The position numbers were made by a program, and so were the translations under genes. 30,784 bases of DNA, taken from positions 1-30,784 of the IMG/VR virus record IMGVR_UViG_3300045988_133025; one strand, given 5' to 3'. Origin of the DNA: a virus. Under the pieces are notes generated by a model, which searched no databases, was not told where the DNA came from, and saw only the letters and a program-made list of their open reading frames with translations. How positions within the stretch are numbered: position 1 is the stretch's first letter; every line of letters starts with the position of its first letter. Positions 28,627 to 30,784 of the stretch are shown here, in pieces.

Positions 28627-29683
28627 TTTCTGCATTATCTGACATTCCTTTTGGAGTTAAACTAAATGGCTCAATCGTAATACTATTCTTAATACCGAAG
28701 ATTTTATCAAATGAATCACAAATTTCTGATTGTATTGGGCGTACAAAAGTACGATTATATAGCTTAAATGCTTCATTAAACTCATTTTCATTAAATCCTG
28801 AGCTATAGTTTAAACCGAACAACGAAGGATTAGCTCTGAAGGCACAGAATATTTGATCTCTGGTTCTCTCAGATAGTGATTGATATTTCTCATCAAAATC
28901 ATCAGAATCTAACCTTTCAATTGTGGTCTTATTTGTCTCATCTGCATTATATGAAATCAATATTCTGCCAGCGTTTTGATAACCAGAGAACTTCTCATTA
29001 ATATTTCTTTCAATCTCTTCTCTAATTTCATCTGTAGGTTCCCCATTATTAAAGTTAATAATAAGATTACCCATAAATCCATTATTGATGTTATTTAAAT
29101 GGAATTCATTAATATTTTTCTCAGTTTCGCAAGATAAAATAGCAGCTCCATAAACAGGAATAGGATATACTCCTCTTGTTATATAACCTTTATTATAAAA
29201 TATACTAGCTGGATTTTCATCTCCAACTCCAAATTTTGGATATTTAATAGCTTTTACAGACCAAGCAGTCCAATCAGTTGCATAGTATAATATATCATTC
29301 TTTTCACTTGATCTTATATTCATAAAATCAATATGATAGATTTCTGCAACTCTTCCAATCATATCTCTAATTACTTGGATAGCATAACCTCCAAATATCA
29401 TCTTATCAATAGTGATTTTTCTCATTATATCAACTATTGTTTCACCTTTCTTGTTTACAACTACTTCAAATCCTGGAGCATTACATTTAACATCATTACC
29501 AACAATAAAGTCAGCAGAACCATTAATAATAGATTGGAGAGTGGCAACATTTAAATATAAATCCCATAAATATAATGGATATTTGTTATCTTCCCCTCAC
29601 ATTATCATATCAGAACCTCTTTTCCTTGTTTCCGTTGGAAGAACGATGTTAGATTGAATGAAAGGATCTATGGCTGACATCAT
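28616..29683 (-). CDS. Portal protein, 355 aa
   Basis: The track ORF 28616..29425 extends upstream through a TGA (29597..29599) to ATGATG at 29683. It reads MWGEDNKYPLYLWDLYLNVATLQSIINGSADFIVGN...DKMIFGGYAIQV, a PBSX/HK97-type portal N-terminal pattern. Confidence 0.65.
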
Positions 29684-29693
29684 TATTTTACTT

Positions 29694-30086
29694 TTATTTT
29701 CGCTCATAACTTACGTATGTATTAGATTTATCATATTGATATTTATTATTCTCATAATCTCCAATTCTTATTAATCCTGTTCCCAATATAGGTATTGGTT
29801 TACCAGCTACTAATATCTGAGTGCCATTAGTAAGAGTATTATTATATGTAACCAAGATAACTGGATTTCCATATAACTCTGATCTAAATGGATTGTTTAC
29901 ATCAACTATAACTTGAAATTTATTTGGATTAGTAAATAAAATATATTGATATTCACCATCTCGCATTCCTTCTTGAAGTGTAATATCAAACTTATAGTAG
30001 ATATTCTCAGAATAATTCTGATTTTCAAGATTAAATGTATAAACTTCTTTTGTAGTTGTATTTTGCATTAATAAAGTATAATTCAT
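29694..30086 (-). CDS. Hypothetical protein, 130 aa
   Basis: Intact ORF, the first gene after motif copy C and its hairpin. Stop is TAA. Confidence 0.55.
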   Translation of the reverse strand: MNYTLLMQNTTTKEVYTFNLENQNYSENIYYKFDITLQEGMRDGEYQYILFTNPNKFQVIVDVNNPFRSELYGNPVILVTYNNTLTNGTQILVAGKPIPILGTGLIRIGDYENNKYQYDKSNTYVSYERK

Positions 30087-30162
30087 ATTTTACAGCAATT
30101 TACATTAGTTTTACATATCTTTTTCTTAAAATATAAACCAATTTACTAATGTATTAAAATAA

Positions 30163-30188
30163 TTAAAGGAGACCGAAGCCTCCTTTAA
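30163..30188 (-). terminator. Rho-independent terminator-like hairpin
   Basis: 9-bp stem TTAAAGGAG / CTCCTTTAA with an 8-nt loop. On the minus strand it is followed by TTATTTTAAT and sits immediately downstream of motif copy C. Confidence 0.6.
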
Positions 30189-30211
30189 TGTCAAGTTTTT
30201 TACTCACTTTA
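30189..30211. promoter_or_regulatory. Conserved intergenic motif, copy C (TGTCAAGTTTTTTACTCACTTTA)
   Basis: Matches copy A2 at 20 of 23 positions by eye (first 18 nt identical). It lies between the 30240 gene and the 30086 gene. Confidence 0.6.
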
Positions 30212-30239
30212 AGTTATAATAAAAATAAAAATACTGATG

Positions 30240-30467
30240 TTATTTATCAGAATCTGCTAACTTACTCTGTAACTCTTGTATTGTTGCTTCTAGCTCGTTG
30301 ATCTTGTTATTATACTCATTAGCAGTTATATAGTCTCCTTTTGGTTGAAATAAAGCATCTACTTCTAATTTTGAATAACTACCAATGGGTAATTGACCTT
30401 TTTCTATTCCAGTCTTTTTGGCAATATAGAAAGTCTGCGTATTTTTAGAATTCTTTAGTAATATCAT
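30240..30467 (-). CDS. Hypothetical protein, 75 aa, with a C-terminal coiled-coil
   Basis: Intact ORF with a TAA stop. Confidence 0.5.
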   Translation of the reverse strand: MILLKNSKNTQTFYIAKKTGIEKGQLPIGSYSKLEVDALFQPKGDYITANEYNNKINELEATIQELQSKLADSDK

Positions 30468-30475
30468 AATTAGGA

Positions 30476-30589
30476 CTATTTATTAGAAGTTGTAGTCGTT
30501 GCAGGCCAGATTTGGGTACTGCCAACATAAATGGCAATACCCTTTCTGTCACCTACATAAAATCCTTTTAAATCGGTCTTTATGTTCAT
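30476..30589 (-). CDS. Hypothetical small protein, 37 aa
   Basis: The ATG lies 1 nt after the fibre TAA. It reads MNIKTDLKGFYVGDRKGIAIYVGSTQIWPATTTTSNK and ends at TAG, with a TAA two codons later. Confidence 0.3.
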   Translation of the reverse strand: MNIKTDLKGFYVGDRKGIAIYVGSTQIWPATTTTSNK

Positions 30590-30590
30590 A

Positions 30591-30784
30591 TTATTCAACT
30601 ATTAAATATTGAGTATTAGAATCTTTTGTTGATAAACCATCATATTCTGATTGAGTTAGAACAGTAATCGTATTTATTTGAGGTCGGGTTCCAGTTCCAG
30701 CTTCAATATAGTTTCCAGCAGGCTGAATACCTAAACTATCTAAGGATGCTCAGTTAGGAGCATTATTACCATTAGATACAAGAA
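30591..30784 (-). CDS. C-terminal end of the tail fibre gene that starts at 3494 (wraps the circular junction)
   Basis: Same frame as 1..3494 once the 55-nt overlap is collapsed: (3494 + 139) nt = 1211 codons. It reads ...APNWASLDSLGIQPAGNYIEAGTGTRPQINTITVLTQSEYDGLSTKDSNTQYLIVE* with TAA at 30591..30593. Confidence 0.8.
30730..30784. repeat. 55-nt terminal direct repeat, identical to 1..55
   Basis: Read directly. Confidence 0.95.

Noticed and set aside
772-29657. Plus-strand track ORFs (772..1161, 1273..1467, 1570..1782, 5640..5828, 5797..6009, 6767..7051, 8068..8286, 10655..10843, 14113..14310, 19558..19752, 20804..20995, 20982..21194, 25646..25831, 28554..28808, 29333..29554, 29412..29657) and minus-strand ORF 23332..23592
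   Set aside because: All lie antisense to longer genes with recognisable products. Their translations are low-complexity or hydrophobic, as expected for shadow frames in AT-rich DNA.
7843-30211. The TTGACA inside the repeated motif as an ordinary sigma-70 -35 box
   Set aside because: On the minus strand no TATAAT-like hexamer lies 16-18 nt downstream in any copy; the hairpin arm occupies that position. No Bacteroidota-type TAnnTTTG element fits consistently either.
7764-30239. Hairpins in intergenic regions (7895..7938, 16985..17009, 17124..17141, 22821..22845, 30163..30188) as parts of a suppressor tRNA
   Set aside because: Stem and loop sizes do not fit the tRNA arms. There is no acceptor-stem pairing, no GTTCRA-type T-loop and no 7-nt loop with a TCA anticodon. 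This is a by-eye judgement and needs tRNAscan-SE.
17197-30478. TAG (or TAA) also reassigned
   Set aside because: All six TAG codons I met at ORF ends (17197, 17858, 24273, 25133, 27973, 30476) coincide with sensible gene ends. The next gene starts within a few nt, or a TAA follows within a few codons. No fragment pair is bridged by TAG or TAA.
1-30784. Fragmented collinear ORFs read as pseudogenes, a decaying prophage or a poor assembly
   Set aside because: Every interruption is an in-frame TGA and never a frameshift, TAA or TAG. The joined products are full-length homologues of standard phage proteins. TGA aligns with TGG in paralogues within this genome.
1-30784. TGA = Gly (table 25, SR1/Gracilibacteria type) rather than Trp
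   Set aside because: TGA sits at positions that are Trp in the families and in the paralogues here: KYG-W-DNF, R-W, NL.W, W-V-H and the BACON Trp. None is an obvious conserved Gly position. A formal Codetta run is still desirable.

Overview
The window is a complete, circularly assembled tailed-phage genome. Positions 1..55 are identical to 30730..30784, so the unique length is about 30,729 bp. It is visibly AT-rich (not computed). Nearly all genes lie on the minus strand in one long leftward unit; only a small plus-strand module (23021..24246) diverges from a repeat-rich, AT-rich control or origin region (22684..23020).

The main observation is that the standard-code ORF track is fragmented because TGA is read as a sense codon, almost certainly Trp (a table-4-like code). 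I counted about 60 in-frame TGAs by hand. They sit at family-conserved Trp positions, and every convincing gene end is TAA or TAG. Rejoining the fragments gives about 45 genes:
- Packaging: terS, terL, portal.
- Head: XkdF-like protease, scaffold, major capsid.
- Tail: tube-like protein, tape measure, 725-aa and 1145-aa tail/baseplate proteins with BACON-like repeats, and a 1210-aa fibre that spans the circular junction.
- Lysis: membrane protein, holin, M15 peptidase.
- Regulation and replication: an ECF-type sigma factor split into two ORFs, a wHTH Rep-like gene beside iteron-like repeats, and a PD-(D/E)xK-like nuclease.
- Homing endonucleases: five GIY-YIG, two intact HNH_3, one 5'-truncated HNH_3 and one mini DNA-binding remnant, together about 15% of the genome.

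I saw no integrase, repressor, polymerase, tRNA, release factor or tRNA synthetase.

Open puzzles:
- What decodes TGA. Host cues (peptidoglycan peptidase, BACON-like repeats, leaders without Shine-Dalgarno sequences) argue against wall-less Mollicutes.
- TGA is absent from the most abundant virion genes.
- A conserved ~22-nt (extended ~50-nt) motif, usually followed by a hairpin, marks module boundaries.
- The sigma factor is split.
- The morphogenesis gene order is scrambled.

All calls come from hand translation and motif recognition; no searches were run.
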